Assembly: GCA_016840465.1 (NCBI GenBank)
Contig: JAEOSH010000009.1
Coordinates: forward strand, 20,695 to 52,694
Reading direction: 5' to 3'
Source of the DNA: Candidatus Baldrarchaeum yapensis
GTDB taxonomy: Archaea; Asgardarchaeota; Baldrarchaeia; Baldrarchaeales; Baldrarchaeaceae
DNA: 32,000 nucleotides
The notes beneath the pieces were generated by a model. The model saw only the letters and a list, made by a program, of their open reading frames with translations. It was not told the origin of the DNA and did not search any database. The stretch's first letter is position 1, and each line of letters begins with the position of its first letter. The translations under genes and the position numbers were made by a program. Shown here one piece after another: positions 1-9,401 of the stretch.

Positions 1-2
1 AT

Positions 3-701
3 CTGGTGCATGCACAGTTACCGCTTCCTCCCGGGAAAATCGTAGAAACTAACCGTCTCATGATAATGTCCTCATTGAAGAAAATTGGCGCCGAACCAAT
101 AGATGGAGGAATAGTCGGAGACGATATTAGTGAAATTATGGCGGCTATTTCATCTGGACTTAAGATTGCGGATGCCGTTGTAATTTCTGGGGGCACCAGC
201 GTAGGGAAGGGGGATGTGGTTCCTGATGCAATTTTATCCCTTGGAGGAAAAATTATAGTGCATGGAGTAGCCATTAGCCCCGGAAAGCCCGTCGCACTAT
301 GCGAAGTTAAAGGAAAACCGGTAATTTGCCTACCGGGATATCCAGTAGCGGCCTTCATAGGATTTCTTTTGTTTGTAAGACCGCTGATCGATAAACTTCT
401 AAGGATTCGGGGAATAAGGATGGAGAAGAAAATAAATGCCGTCCTTTCGAAGAGAGTTCCGTCTAAGACCGGGATAATGGAATTTGTCAGGGTATCCCTT
501 GTTGAGAGCACAGATGGGTTGATAGCCGAGCCTATCAGAATCACCGGAGCAGGGGTGCTCTCGAGTTTGAGCAAAGCGGATGGTTTCCTCGTAGTGCCCG
601 AGGATGTTGAGGGCTTCGAAGCTGGTAGTAACGTGGAGGTGGTGGCTTTAAGGGATCATTTGAGGAGGATGAGAAAGGGTGGAAAGGAGGAAGATATTTA
701 A
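3..701 (+). CDS. moeA: Molybdopterin molybdenumtransferase MoeA, 5'-truncated by the window edge
   Basis: MoeA C-terminal motifs ISGGTSVG..D, HGVAISPGKP, LPGYP, EFVRV, SGAG-like ITGAGVLSSLSKADG. The frame is open from base 3, so the real start lies upstream. Confidence 0.92.
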   Translation: MVHAQLPLPPGKIVETNRLMIMSSLKKIGAEPIDGGIVGDDISEIMAAISSGLKIADAVVISGGTSVGKGDVVPDAILSLGGKIIVHGVAISPGKPVALCEVKGKPVICLPGYPVAAFIGFLLFVRPLIDKLLRIRGIRMEKKINAVLSKRVPSKTGIMEFVRVSLVESTDGLIAEPIRITGAGVLSSLSKADGFLVVPEDVEGFEAGSNVEVVALRDHLRRMRKGGKEEDI

Positions 702-2664
702 AACTCTCGTAACCCTCGAGGAGGCAATTAATAGGCTTTATGAACATTTTTCTCCTAGACCGGTCGGTGTGGAGGATGTGCGGCTGGAGGAGGCACTGGG
801 GAGAGTTCTGGCAGAGGATGTATACTCTAACGTGGATGTGCCGCCTTTTGACAGAGCGGCGATGGACGGGTATGCCGTTAGAGCTGAAGATACTTACCGC
901 GCGAGAGAAGACCGTCCGGTGAAACTTAGGATTGTTGGAAGAATAAAGGCCGGTGAGGTTCCTAGTATTTACGTTAACAGAGGGGAGGCTACAGAAATAA
1001 GTACTGGCGCACCGATGCCCGGTGGCGCAAACGCGGTCGTGATGGTGGAGAACACGGAAGAAAAAGATGGATATGTTTACATTTACAAACCTGTAGCCCC
1101 GATGGAGAACGTGCAGCCAACGGGATCCGACATAATGATGGGAGAGATGGTACTTAGAAAGGGGCAACTTTTAACACCGAGGGAATTGGGAGTACTGGCT
1201 GCAATTGGACGTACTCGTGTTGTGGTGTATAGGAGACCTAAGGTCGCGGTTTTCAGCATAGGCGATGAGATCGTGAGTCCGGGTTCAAGGCTTGAGCCAG
1301 GAAAAATATTCGATATAAATGCTACAACCATATGCGCCGCGGTTCGTGAGTGCGGCGGCGATCCTTTGTTCTTGGGAATCGCTCATGATGATGCTGACGA
1401 AATAATTACGAAAATACGAGAGGGATTGAGAATTGCCGATATCGTGATATCTTCCGGGAGCACTTCTGCTGGCGTTAAAGATATCCTTTATGAGATTGTG
1501 GGAAAACTTGGATCGCCCGGTATACTGGTCCACGGAATAAAACTGAAGCCCGGCAAGCCCACCCTTATTGGTGTGATAGACGGCAAGCCATATTTCGGGC
1601 TTCCAGGTTATCCGACTTCGGCGCTCATGATATTCTGGCAGGTTGTTGCCCCAGTAATAAGGAAAATGTGCGGCCTGAGAGAAGAAGAAAGATTGTCCGT
1701 AAGAGCAAGGCTAAGCTATAAGGTGTACCCACAACGTGGGAGACGAAACCTTATTCCAGTTTCTCTTGTGAGTAGAAATGGAGAGTTGATAGCTGTACCC
1801 ACACCCGGTGGTTCCGGGTCCATCACAGCATTGGCAAATGCGGACGGCTATATGGACATCCCAGAGGGCGTTGAGTACCTAGATCCTGGTGAGACCGTAA
1901 ATGTTAAGATGTTCTCAAGTATAATAACCGCGCCGGATCTCGTCATTATAGGGAGCAACTGCGCCGGCATAGGGCTGATTCTGGAACTTATTACCGAAAT
2001 GTACGAATTTTTGAATATCAGAGTTCTTAATGTCGGGTCCATGGGTGGAATTATGGCTATAAAGCGGGGAGAGGCGGATATCGCGGGTATTCATCTGCTC
2101 GATGAGGATACTGGCGATTACAACATTCCGGTGGTCGAGAGGTACGGATTGCGCGGGAAAGCGGTACTTGTGAGAGGATACGTTAGGGAGCAGGGAATAG
2201 TTGTGCAGGCAGGCAACCCTAAGGGTATAAGAGGAATAGAGGACTTTGTTGATAAAAGTATTAGAATCATAAACAGAAATGTGGGGTCGGGAACTCGTGT
2301 GTTGCTGGATTCCTATTTAAAGAAGTTAGCGGCTACGCGGGGAGAAGACTTCGATGAAATGATTAAGAAAATCGATGGATACCACGTAGAGGCGAAAACC
2401 CATAGCGCGGTTGCGTCAGCAATAAAAATGGGGAGGGCTGATGCCGGGCTTGCGATAAGATTCTTTGCGGAGCGGTACGGTCTCGGCTTTATTCCCCTAA
2501 GGGAGGAGCATTTCGACTTCTTGATCTCTAGGGACTCGCTGAGCAAGCCCGCTGTCCAAGCCTTCATTAATGTGTTACGAAGTGAGCGGTTTCATGAGGA
2601 ATTGGCACGAAGGTTTCCGGGACTCCGAGCAACGAGGGACACCGGGAAGATTATCTGGCAGTGA
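679..2664 (+). CDS. moeA: MoeA fused to a C-terminal PBP-like (substrate-binding) domain, archaeal MoeA2 type
   Basis: PPFDRAAMDGYAV, ISTGAPMP, SSGSTSAG, GKP, GLPGYP; C-terminal GSMGG..ADIAGIHLLD, RNVGSGTR, HSAVA..GRADAG. GTG start overlaps the end of the upstream moeA. Confidence 0.93.
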   Translation: MERRKIFKTLVTLEEAINRLYEHFSPRPVGVEDVRLEEALGRVLAEDVYSNVDVPPFDRAAMDGYAVRAEDTYRAREDRPVKLRIVGRIKAGEVPSIYVNRGEATEISTGAPMPGGANAVVMVENTEEKDGYVYIYKPVAPMENVQPTGSDIMMGEMVLRKGQLLTPRELGVLAAIGRTRVVVYRRPKVAVFSIGDEIVSPGSRLEPGKIFDINATTICAAVRECGGDPLFLGIAHDDADEIITKIREGLRIADIVISSGSTSAGVKDILYEIVGKLGSPGILVHGIKLKPGKPTLIGVIDGKPYFGLPGYPTSALMIFWQVVAPVIRKMCGLREEERLSVRARLSYKVYPQRGRRNLIPVSLVSRNGELIAVPTPGGSGSITALANADGYMDIPEGVEYLDPGETVNVKMFSSIITAPDLVIIGSNCAGIGLILELITEMYEFLNIRVLNVGSMGGIMAIKRGEADIAGIHLLDEDTGDYNIPVVERYGLRGKAVLVRGYVREQGIVVQAGNPKGIRGIEDFVDKSIRIINRNVGSGTRVLLDSYLKKLAATRGEDFDEMIKKIDGYHVEAKTHSAVASAIKMGRADAGLAIRFFAERYGLGFIPLREEHFDFLISRDSLSKPAVQAFINVLRSERFHEELARRFPGLRATRDTGKIIWQ

Positions 2665-2667
2665 TCG

Positions 2668-3501
2668 TCAGGCCAGTAAGGACTCCTTTAAGGCCCTCTC
2701 TATTCCCTCTTTCAGTCTTTCTAGAGTTTCTCGAACCGGTAATGCGCCAATTCCTTTGTCTACGGTGAAAGGAACCCATATCGGCAGAACCTTTGCAGGC
2801 ATTTTACGAATCCGCGCCTCCCTTATCAATCCTCCCTTTTGTAACACGACCGGGTTGAATCGTACGTCTATGACTCCGTCGACTATGCAATCGAGTAGCA
2901 GGTCGAACTCCCGTGAGAGCCCTGGCATCACAGATGCGAAGACGGGAACCCACAGTTCTTTTACGATTGTAGATCTTATTCTTCTTATGAAATCCAGCAG
3001 ACTTGTTTGGCTCATCGTTACCATGAGTTCAGTCAGCGAGTCTATTATCACGGCACCTTGCCCTATCATCCCCATATTTTCAACTGAGCTGTAGATCACA
3101 GAGTAAAGTTCGCTGGGATCACCTGGAGTTTTGAGTACGCGCATTACCTCCCTGAATTTCTTGTAAATTTCCTTAACCCTCCCGTGCATCTTTTCGACGA
3201 TCCACTCATGTGCCACCCTGGTGCTGAAGCCGTCTATGAAAACTATTTTCTTCCTTTCTATGTGTTCTGTTATGTCCCACTCCATTGATAGGAATCTCTG
3301 TATCAGGGATAGAGGCGTCTGCCCAAAAACTACCATCACAACGGGTTCTCCGCGTTCGAGCGTTCTAAAGGCCAATTCGGTCATCATTGTTGTCTTTCCA
3401 GTCCCAGGTTCTCCTTTGATCACAACGAAAACATTTCGGGGGAAACCATCGGGCATAAGCGCATCGAGCAGTTTCATTCCGAGTTTTATTCTCTCGACCA
3501 T
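2668..3501 (-). CDS. KaiC/RAD55-family RecA-superfamily ATPase (single domain)
   Basis: Walker A GEPGTGKT, Walker B VIIDS, DGVIDV, C-terminal IRKM. Start moved from the ORF-track 3561 to ATG 3501 (G-rich RBS upstream, and the longer ORF would run through the TATA element). Confidence 0.85.
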   Translation of the reverse strand: MVERIKLGMKLLDALMPDGFPRNVFVVIKGEPGTGKTTMMTELAFRTLERGEPVVMVVFGQTPLSLIQRFLSMEWDITEHIERKKIVFIDGFSTRVAHEWIVEKMHGRVKEIYKKFREVMRVLKTPGDPSELYSVIYSSVENMGMIGQGAVIIDSLTELMVTMSQTSLLDFIRRIRSTIVKELWVPVFASVMPGLSREFDLLLDCIVDGVIDVRFNPVVLQKGGLIREARIRKMPAKVLPIWVPFTVDKGIGALPVRETLERLKEGIERALKESLLA

Positions 3502-3543
3502 CAACACGACCCCTTCCTTTACAACCCTGCTGCATTGGTCAAA

Positions 3544-3556
3544 CAATATATATTTG
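3544..3556. promoter_or_regulatory. Palindromic TATA element between the divergent ATPase gene and the membrane-protein/FGGY operon
   Basis: AATATATATT (3545-3554) is a perfect palindrome about 45 bp from both start codons (3501 on -, 3600 on +). Confidence 0.5.
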
Positions 3557-3599
3557 CTCAAGCCTCAAATCTAAGTATCTTGATACAAGGGTGGGGTTA

Positions 3600-4151
3600 A
3601 TGCTAATTGTAAGTAGGCTAATCCGCGTGGCTGCCATTGGGGTCGACATACTTGCGACGTTAATACTGATAAGCACAATATACTCCGCGGTGACAATGTT
3701 TCTATTTGTCGGCTCACCCGATCAGATAATTTCTACGAACGCCGCCAACGTCACAATAACGGCCATTGCCAGCGAGGAGGAAAACGTTCTGAAGGTAAAT
3801 GTTCTGATGGATATAAATCTGACAATAAGGAATTACGGATTATATGAGTTTAGAGACGTACTCGTGTATTGTTTCTTCGTAAATAAGACCTCAGATAAAG
3901 TTTTGAACTCCACGCAACTAGATTTTACAAGGCTGGACACTGGTGGTAACATCATATCCCTCGGGGAACATGAATACCGCATGAGTGGAACCATAATCGT
4001 GGAGGTGCCAATACCCGAGGGTGCATCGTTAGAGGACATCAAAAGAGAGTTGCAGGAGGATTGCGCAATAAGACTGTTGCTTTCCTCGAAATACTCAATA
4101 TTTGGGTTTAATATAACATTAGAGTTCCCAATCGGGGGAGCCTCATCATGA
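3600..4151 (+). CDS. Hypothetical membrane-anchored protein (N-terminal TM segment plus beta-rich extracytoplasmic domain)
   Basis: Hydrophobic N-terminal ~40 aa, then alternating beta-type pattern with several N-x-S/T sequons. ATG 3600 follows GGGGT; the stop overlaps the next start (ATGA). Confidence 0.72.
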   Translation: MLIVSRLIRVAAIGVDILATLILISTIYSAVTMFLFVGSPDQIISTNAANVTITAIASEEENVLKVNVLMDINLTIRNYGLYEFRDVLVYCFFVNKTSDKVLNSTQLDFTRLDTGGNIISLGEHEYRMSGTIIVEVPIPEGASLEDIKRELQEDCAIRLLLSSKYSIFGFNITLEFPIGGASS

Positions 4152-4600
4152 GAAGTAAGAAAAGAGAACCCTCACTATCAAGAGCCTTCTTTGCAATGTT
4201 TTGGACTCTGCTAACGATGGTTGTACTTCCTTATATGATCTTCTTCGTAGTGTTTGAGAGAATGGGCATAAGCGGACCCTTTGAACGCGCCATTGGAACG
4301 TATTATGAGACCCTTAGGAATATAGGAACCCTGATCGCTGGCTTCATGTTCCTTAAGAACTGTGTCCCTTATTACTCTAGAACGCGGGCATTTGGTGACC
4401 TTATGATAACATTCCTTTCGCTGATACTGTTCTATCAGATCTTCATGACAGTAATCGAGGTTTCCATACCGGGTTTGGCGATTGCAATAGATATACACGG
4501 CCTCTTTTACCTTTACCTCTTGGCGGCATTGCTAAGAATCACATCGAGAGCGGTGGAAATAATAGAGATAGGAGGAAGGGGTGGGGGAAGTGCAGGGTGA
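4148..4600 (+). CDS. Hypothetical integral membrane protein (~4 TM)
   Basis: 150 aa with four hydrophobic stretches; ATGA overlap with the upstream gene and overlap with the downstream gene. Confidence 0.72.
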   Translation: MRSKKREPSLSRAFFAMFWTLLTMVVLPYMIFFVVFERMGISGPFERAIGTYYETLRNIGTLIAGFMFLKNCVPYYSRTRAFGDLMITFLSLILFYQIFMTVIEVSIPGLAIAIDIHGLFYLYLLAALLRITSRAVEIIEIGGRGGGSAG

Positions 4601-4889
4601 TTGGTCGGAATTTCTAGATTATCTGCAAATGTTTTTTGAGACGATTGTCCCATACCTGAACAAAATATACCTGTGGCTCGAGAAAAACGTGTTTCCGCAC
4701 CTCGTTTCAGTAGAACGGTTCTTTAGAGAAGTTCTGATTCCAGCACTTCCAAAAACGTATGAAGTTTACGTTGGAATTGCTGGTGCACTCGTAATATTGG
4801 GCCTAATTTTATATGTGAGATACCGTTCTAGAGAGAGGGTTGAGAGACTTGAGGCCGAGGCAGCAGAGTTTGAGGCGCTCGAGGAGTGA
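4581..4889 (+). CDS. Hypothetical small membrane protein (single C-proximal TM, charged tail)
   Basis: 102 aa, TM VYVGIAGALVILGLILYV followed by RYRSR; overlaps both neighbours. Confidence 0.65.
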   Translation: MGEVQGDWSEFLDYLQMFFETIVPYLNKIYLWLEKNVFPHLVSVERFFREVLIPALPKTYEVYVGIAGALVILGLILYVRYRSRERVERLEAEAAEFEALEE

Positions 4890-6339
4890 ATGTATAGCGG
4901 TCTTTGATGTCGGAACGACCAATGTAAAGTCTGTCATCATAGACGTGGAGGGCAATGTGCTCTCAAAGTCCATAAAGGAAATACCGCTGATAACCCCAAG
5001 ACCCGAATTTATAGAGTTGGACCCGGAGGTTCTATGGAAGACTGCAACAGAAACAATGAAAGAGGCTGTCAGAACCGCGGGAGTTTCTCCTGATAACGTG
5101 CTTGCGATCGGCGTATGCACACAGCGTGCGACCGTTATTCCCCTAGATAAGGACATTAAGCCTCTGTATAATGCGATCACATGGATGGATGGTAGAAGAA
5201 GCAAATCTGCCGAGAGCATATGGAAGCAAATAATCCAAAGAGTGCTTGCAATAAAGTTCCTCTGGTTTAAGGACGAAAAACCCGAGATTCTGGAGAGAAT
5301 GTGGAAATACGTGACTGTCGACACATACATGTACCTTAAATTGGCGGAAAGTTGTGTTTGCGACTTTTCGAACGCTGCTTATGGTCCCTTCGATGTAAAG
5401 TCTCTTAAATGGTCAGATCAGCTTTCAGAAATTTTCAAAGTTCCGATCGATAAATTGCCGGATATTGCAGAGCCTGGAACCGTCGTTGGGGAGTTGACAT
5501 CAAGTGCTGCAGAAGAAATTGGACTGAAGAAAGGAACTCCGGTAATTTGTGGCAGTGGGGATCAACAGTGTTCAAGCATTGCGCTGGGGGTTGTAGAACG
5601 GGGAAGAGCGAAAGCGACGACCGGGACCGGCACATTTCTTGATGTGTGCGTGGATGCCCCACCTTTTGATTTTTACCAATCGGCTTTGAGGATATTCTGC
5701 CTTCCTCATGCCATCAAAAACTTATGGCTTCTAGAGGGAGTCCTACCAACTACGGGGGCCATTTACCGATGGCTTAGAGACAAATTGTCAGAAAATGTAG
5801 TGGAGATGGCGAGGTCCAGAAATGTGGATCCCTACGTGATACTGGATGAGGAGGCCGAAAAGGTAGGACCAGGTGCCGACGGACTGATAGTGGTTCCACT
5901 ATTTTCGTTTTCTAAGGGGGTAATACATGGTCTAAGTTTGGAGCATGGACGTGCACATATAGCAAGAGCAATACTCGAATCCGTGGGATTCGGGCTTCGC
6001 CTCTTTCTCAGGTTCATGGAGGCTTTTGGAATCAAAGTAGAGGAATTGTATGTTGACGGTGGCGGCATGCGGAGCAGGCTTTGGAGGAGAATATTAGCGG
6101 ACATTACTGGGAAGAAAATAGTGTTGCCCGAAAACATCGAGGACTGCTCATCCATTGGCGCTGCGATTCTTGCTGCATGGGGCGTAAAATTCTACCCATC
6201 GATCGAAAAGGCTGTTAAGGGAATGACAAGAATTGTCGAGGCCCTGGACCCGAATCCTGACAACAAGAAGGTTTATGATCAAATATATCCTAGGTTTGAA
6301 AAGCTAATAATGAGTGTGGCTGCCGAGTTACCCGTTTGA
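4870..6339 (+). CDS. FGGY-family carbohydrate kinase (glycerol kinase/xylulokinase-like)
   Basis: FDVGTTNVK, TQRAT, PLYNAITWMDGR, DFSNA, GDQQCS, TTGTGTF, LEG, ARAILESV, DGGG, IGAAILA. Start uncertain (TTG 4870 chosen; the ORF track uses 4840). Confidence 0.9.
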   Translation: MRRSRSECIAVFDVGTTNVKSVIIDVEGNVLSKSIKEIPLITPRPEFIELDPEVLWKTATETMKEAVRTAGVSPDNVLAIGVCTQRATVIPLDKDIKPLYNAITWMDGRRSKSAESIWKQIIQRVLAIKFLWFKDEKPEILERMWKYVTVDTYMYLKLAESCVCDFSNAAYGPFDVKSLKWSDQLSEIFKVPIDKLPDIAEPGTVVGELTSSAAEEIGLKKGTPVICGSGDQQCSSIALGVVERGRAKATTGTGTFLDVCVDAPPFDFYQSALRIFCLPHAIKNLWLLEGVLPTTGAIYRWLRDKLSENVVEMARSRNVDPYVILDEEAEKVGPGADGLIVVPLFSFSKGVIHGLSLEHGRAHIARAILESVGFGLRLFLRFMEAFGIKVEELYVDGGGMRSRLWRRILADITGKKIVLPENIEDCSSIGAAILAAWGVKFYPSIEKAVKGMTRIVEALDPNPDNKKVYDQIYPRFEKLIMSVAAELPV

Positions 6340-6362
6340 TTGCGTTTTTTTAAGGGGTAAAC

Positions 6363-7802
6363 ATGTACGGCAGCGTCACACCCGATATTATTGACGAATT
6401 GAAGTCCATAGTTGGCGAGAAGCACGTTTCAACAAGTCTTGTCGATAGACTAGTTTGCTCCCGCGATCTCTGGTTCCCCATGCTATTCAAAACTCTAAAG
6501 GGAGAACTATGGCCAACGGCTGACGTGGTTGTATGGCCGGGTTCGGCAGAGGAGGTCTCAGAAGTACTTAAATTGGCAAACAAAAGAAGAGTGCCGGTGG
6601 TAACACTTGGAGGAGGGGCCGGGGTGTGCGGCGGTTTATCGCCGATTCGTGGCGGAATAGTCATGGACATAAAGCGTATGTGCAAGGTTTTGGAACTTGA
6701 TGAGGAGTCGCTGACGGTTGTCGTGCAGGCAGGGCTCATAGGTATGGAGTTGGAGGAGTATCTAAATAGGAAAGGTTACACACTCGGTCACTATCCCCTG
6801 TCTATATACGCATCGACGATCGGAGGCTTTCTTGCGTGCCGGTCGGCTGGCGTTCTCTCCAATAAGTATGGCAAAATTGAGGATATGGTTATAGCATTGC
6901 GAGTGGTTCTTCCCACGGGGGAAATTATTGAAACGAAACGGGTTCCGAGGAGGGCAACAGGTCCCGATCTCATGCAGTTATTCGTCGGGTCGGAGGGAAT
7001 TCTGGGTGTTATAACGGAGGCCGCCCTCAGAATTCATCCATACCCGGAAAAGAGAATATTTACGTCCTATAGGTTCAAGGATCTACACGCAGGGCTGGAG
7101 GCCGTAAGAAACATATTTAGGAGGGGCGTGAGACCCGCCATTGTCAGGCTTTATGATGAGAGAGACACAAAAATAACGCTAGGAAGCCTAGGATTGCCAG
7201 CAGAGGGCTGCCTTTTAATTTTAAGTTTCGAGGGAACAGAGAAGCTTGTGGACGCCGAGGCTGAGGTTGCCGATGAGGTTTGCAGACAATGGGGTGGTGA
7301 ACAATTGGGCGATCTTCCAGCAAAGCATTGGTGGAAGCACAGGCATGATCAATACTGGAACCTGCCGCACCTGCTCAAAGGGTTTATGATCGTCGATACC
7401 ATAGAGGTGTCGGCGCCCTGGGATAGGCTTGAGAGGTTGTACTGGGAAGTTAAGCGGGCGCTTGAGGGGCAGGGCGTGATTCCGATGGCTCATTTCTCGC
7501 ACTTTTACCTCGATGGCGGCTCGATTTACTTCACATTTGTAAAGCCGAGAGAACCGAAAACGCCAATTAATGATGCTTATTGGAGGATTTGGAGTGCAGC
7601 GATGGAGGCGTGTATCAGGGTGGGCGGATCTATAAGCCATCACCATGGGGTGGGGCTCGTAAGGTCGCCATGGATGGAAAAGGAACATGGCAAGTCTTTT
7701 GAGATCATCAGGGCATTGAAGAAGGTTCTCGATCCAAATAATATTTTAAACCCCGGAAAATTGGGAATGGTGGGATGGAGTGAGGTTAGAAGAGTTTTCT
7801 AG
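6363..7802 (+). CDS. FAD-linked oxidoreductase of the PCMH/VAO fold, alkyl-dihydroxyacetone-phosphate synthase (AGPS)-like subfamily
   Basis: GHYPLSIYASTIGGFLACRSAG..SNKYGKIEDMV, GSEGILGVITEA, AHFSHFYLDGGSIYF, C-terminal SISHHHGVG (AGPS-type HHHG, not the GEHG of GlcD/D-LDH). Confidence 0.85.
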   Translation: MYGSVTPDIIDELKSIVGEKHVSTSLVDRLVCSRDLWFPMLFKTLKGELWPTADVVVWPGSAEEVSEVLKLANKRRVPVVTLGGGAGVCGGLSPIRGGIVMDIKRMCKVLELDEESLTVVVQAGLIGMELEEYLNRKGYTLGHYPLSIYASTIGGFLACRSAGVLSNKYGKIEDMVIALRVVLPTGEIIETKRVPRRATGPDLMQLFVGSEGILGVITEAALRIHPYPEKRIFTSYRFKDLHAGLEAVRNIFRRGVRPAIVRLYDERDTKITLGSLGLPAEGCLLILSFEGTEKLVDAEAEVADEVCRQWGGEQLGDLPAKHWWKHRHDQYWNLPHLLKGFMIVDTIEVSAPWDRLERLYWEVKRALEGQGVIPMAHFSHFYLDGGSIYFTFVKPREPKTPINDAYWRIWSAAMEACIRVGGSISHHHGVGLVRSPWMEKEHGKSFEIIRALKKVLDPNNILNPGKLGMVGWSEVRRVF

Positions 7803-8901
7803 CCGGATTTTGACCTGTTCATTATGCCTAAAAATGTGCAAGTACGTGTGTCCGGTTGCATCCGTAGTCAGGTACGAGCCTGTGTATCCGCCAAATAAGG
7901 CACTGATTGCGCACATGATCCTATCCGGTATGATAAACCTGAAGGACGAGGGTGAAAATGTTGCCAGGTACGCTTACCTTTGTACGACTTGTGGCCTCTG
8001 TAGCACGCCTCCATGGTGTGGTTTAGACGTGAGGCTCTGGGAGATCATTGAGGCTTTACGTGCGGACCTCGTTGATCAGGGCATAATCCTAGAACCCGTT
8101 AAGAGAGTTCTGAAAAGTGCTTCGGAGAACAGAAACCCGTACGGTGAGAATCTTCATGCAAGGTTTTCTAAAGTCAAACATGTGTTTTCGGACGATGCAG
8201 ATGTTGTTTACTTTGTCGGATGCACAACGTCGTACAGAGTTCCGCAGATAGCCAATGCCGTAATCGATGTTTTATCCATGGCGGGGCTCAACTTTACGCT
8301 CTTAAAGGACGAATGGTGTTGTGGCTCACCTCTTATTAGGCTTGGGCTCATTGATCTTGCCCGAGAGCATGCGGAACACAATATCAATGCATTAAACGAT
8401 ATTGGAGCAAAGACCGTCGTTTTCTCATGCCCCGGATGCTACAGGACATTTAAAATAGATTACGAGAGGTTAGGATATAAAATAAAGTTTGAAGTCAAGC
8501 ATGTTACTGAAGTTGTAGTTGATCTGCTTAAGAGTTTGAAGATACGCAAAAAAGAGGATATTACTGCAACATATCACGATCCCTGCCATTTAGGGCGTCA
8601 TTTGGGAATATTTGATGCTCCTCGACAGATACTCTCGGTGCTCGGAATACAGATAAGGGAAATGCAATGGAGAAGAGAGAACTCTAGGTGTTGTGGGGCC
8701 GGCGGTGGGATGCTAATTACAAATAGCGAGGTTGCATATGCTGCCGGGAGAAGAAGAGTTGAAGAGGCTTTAGAAAGTGGGGTCAAAAATCTCATAACAG
8801 CATGTCCGTTCTGCAGGATCTCGCTCGAAAGGGCAAGTGGCGGAAAAATAGAGGTTAAAGACGTCATGGAATTGTTAGCGGAATCTTTAGAAGAACGTTA
8901 A
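7780..8901 (+). CDS. Fe-S oxidoreductase, HdrD/GlpC/GlcF-like (ferredoxin motifs plus two CCG domains)
   Basis: CSLCLKMCKYVCP, CTTCGLC, YFVGC, WCCGSP, SCPGC, YHDPCH, CCGAGG, TACPFC; overlaps the upstream gene. Confidence 0.88.
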   Translation: MRLEEFSSRILTCSLCLKMCKYVCPVASVVRYEPVYPPNKALIAHMILSGMINLKDEGENVARYAYLCTTCGLCSTPPWCGLDVRLWEIIEALRADLVDQGIILEPVKRVLKSASENRNPYGENLHARFSKVKHVFSDDADVVYFVGCTTSYRVPQIANAVIDVLSMAGLNFTLLKDEWCCGSPLIRLGLIDLAREHAEHNINALNDIGAKTVVFSCPGCYRTFKIDYERLGYKIKFEVKHVTEVVVDLLKSLKIRKKEDITATYHDPCHLGRHLGIFDAPRQILSVLGIQIREMQWRRENSRCCGAGGGMLITNSEVAYAAGRRRVEEALESGVKNLITACPFCRISLERASGGKIEVKDVMELLAESLEER

Positions 8902-9207
8902 TTATTCAAATCCGAATCGCTTTCTTAACTCCCTAGACATTCGCTCCGGCGTCCAAGGAGGGTCAAATACTAACTCTATTTCTACATTTTCCGCTCCAAG
9001 TTCCTTTATTGCCCGCTCGACTTCTCTGAGAAACATCATGTAGAGAGGGCATCCAGGCGTAGTTAGTGTCATCTTTATGTAGACGTTCTTGTCCTTCACG
9101 TTGACTTCGTAGATCAGCCCTAGATCTACTATGTTCACACCCAGCTCTGGGTCATAGACCTTCTTCAGTGCATCCATCACCTGTTCTTTCGTGAGCAAGA
9201 TCTGCAC
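8902..9207 (-). CDS. DUF59/SufT/MIP18-family Fe-S cluster assembly protein
   Basis: ALKKVYDPELGVNIVDLGLIY, MTLTTPGCP, LVFDPPWTPERMS. Confidence 0.92.
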   Translation of the reverse strand: MQILLTKEQVMDALKKVYDPELGVNIVDLGLIYEVNVKDKNVYIKMTLTTPGCPLYMMFLREVERAIKELGAENVEIELVFDPPWTPERMSRELRKRFGFE

Positions 9208-9401
9208 CCCGCCTGCACGGTCGACTAGATATACGTTTTACCTTTATAAAAAGTCCTCATTTTGCAATAGCACAAAAATAAGTACATCCTCTAGAGGCGT
9301 GGAGCACTCCAAATGGCTTGAGCAGTTCACGTCGACCCACTGGATGGTTGCCATATTTTGCGTATGCGGGAATATTATCTGGAGATTTCGAACGTGAGAG
9401 A

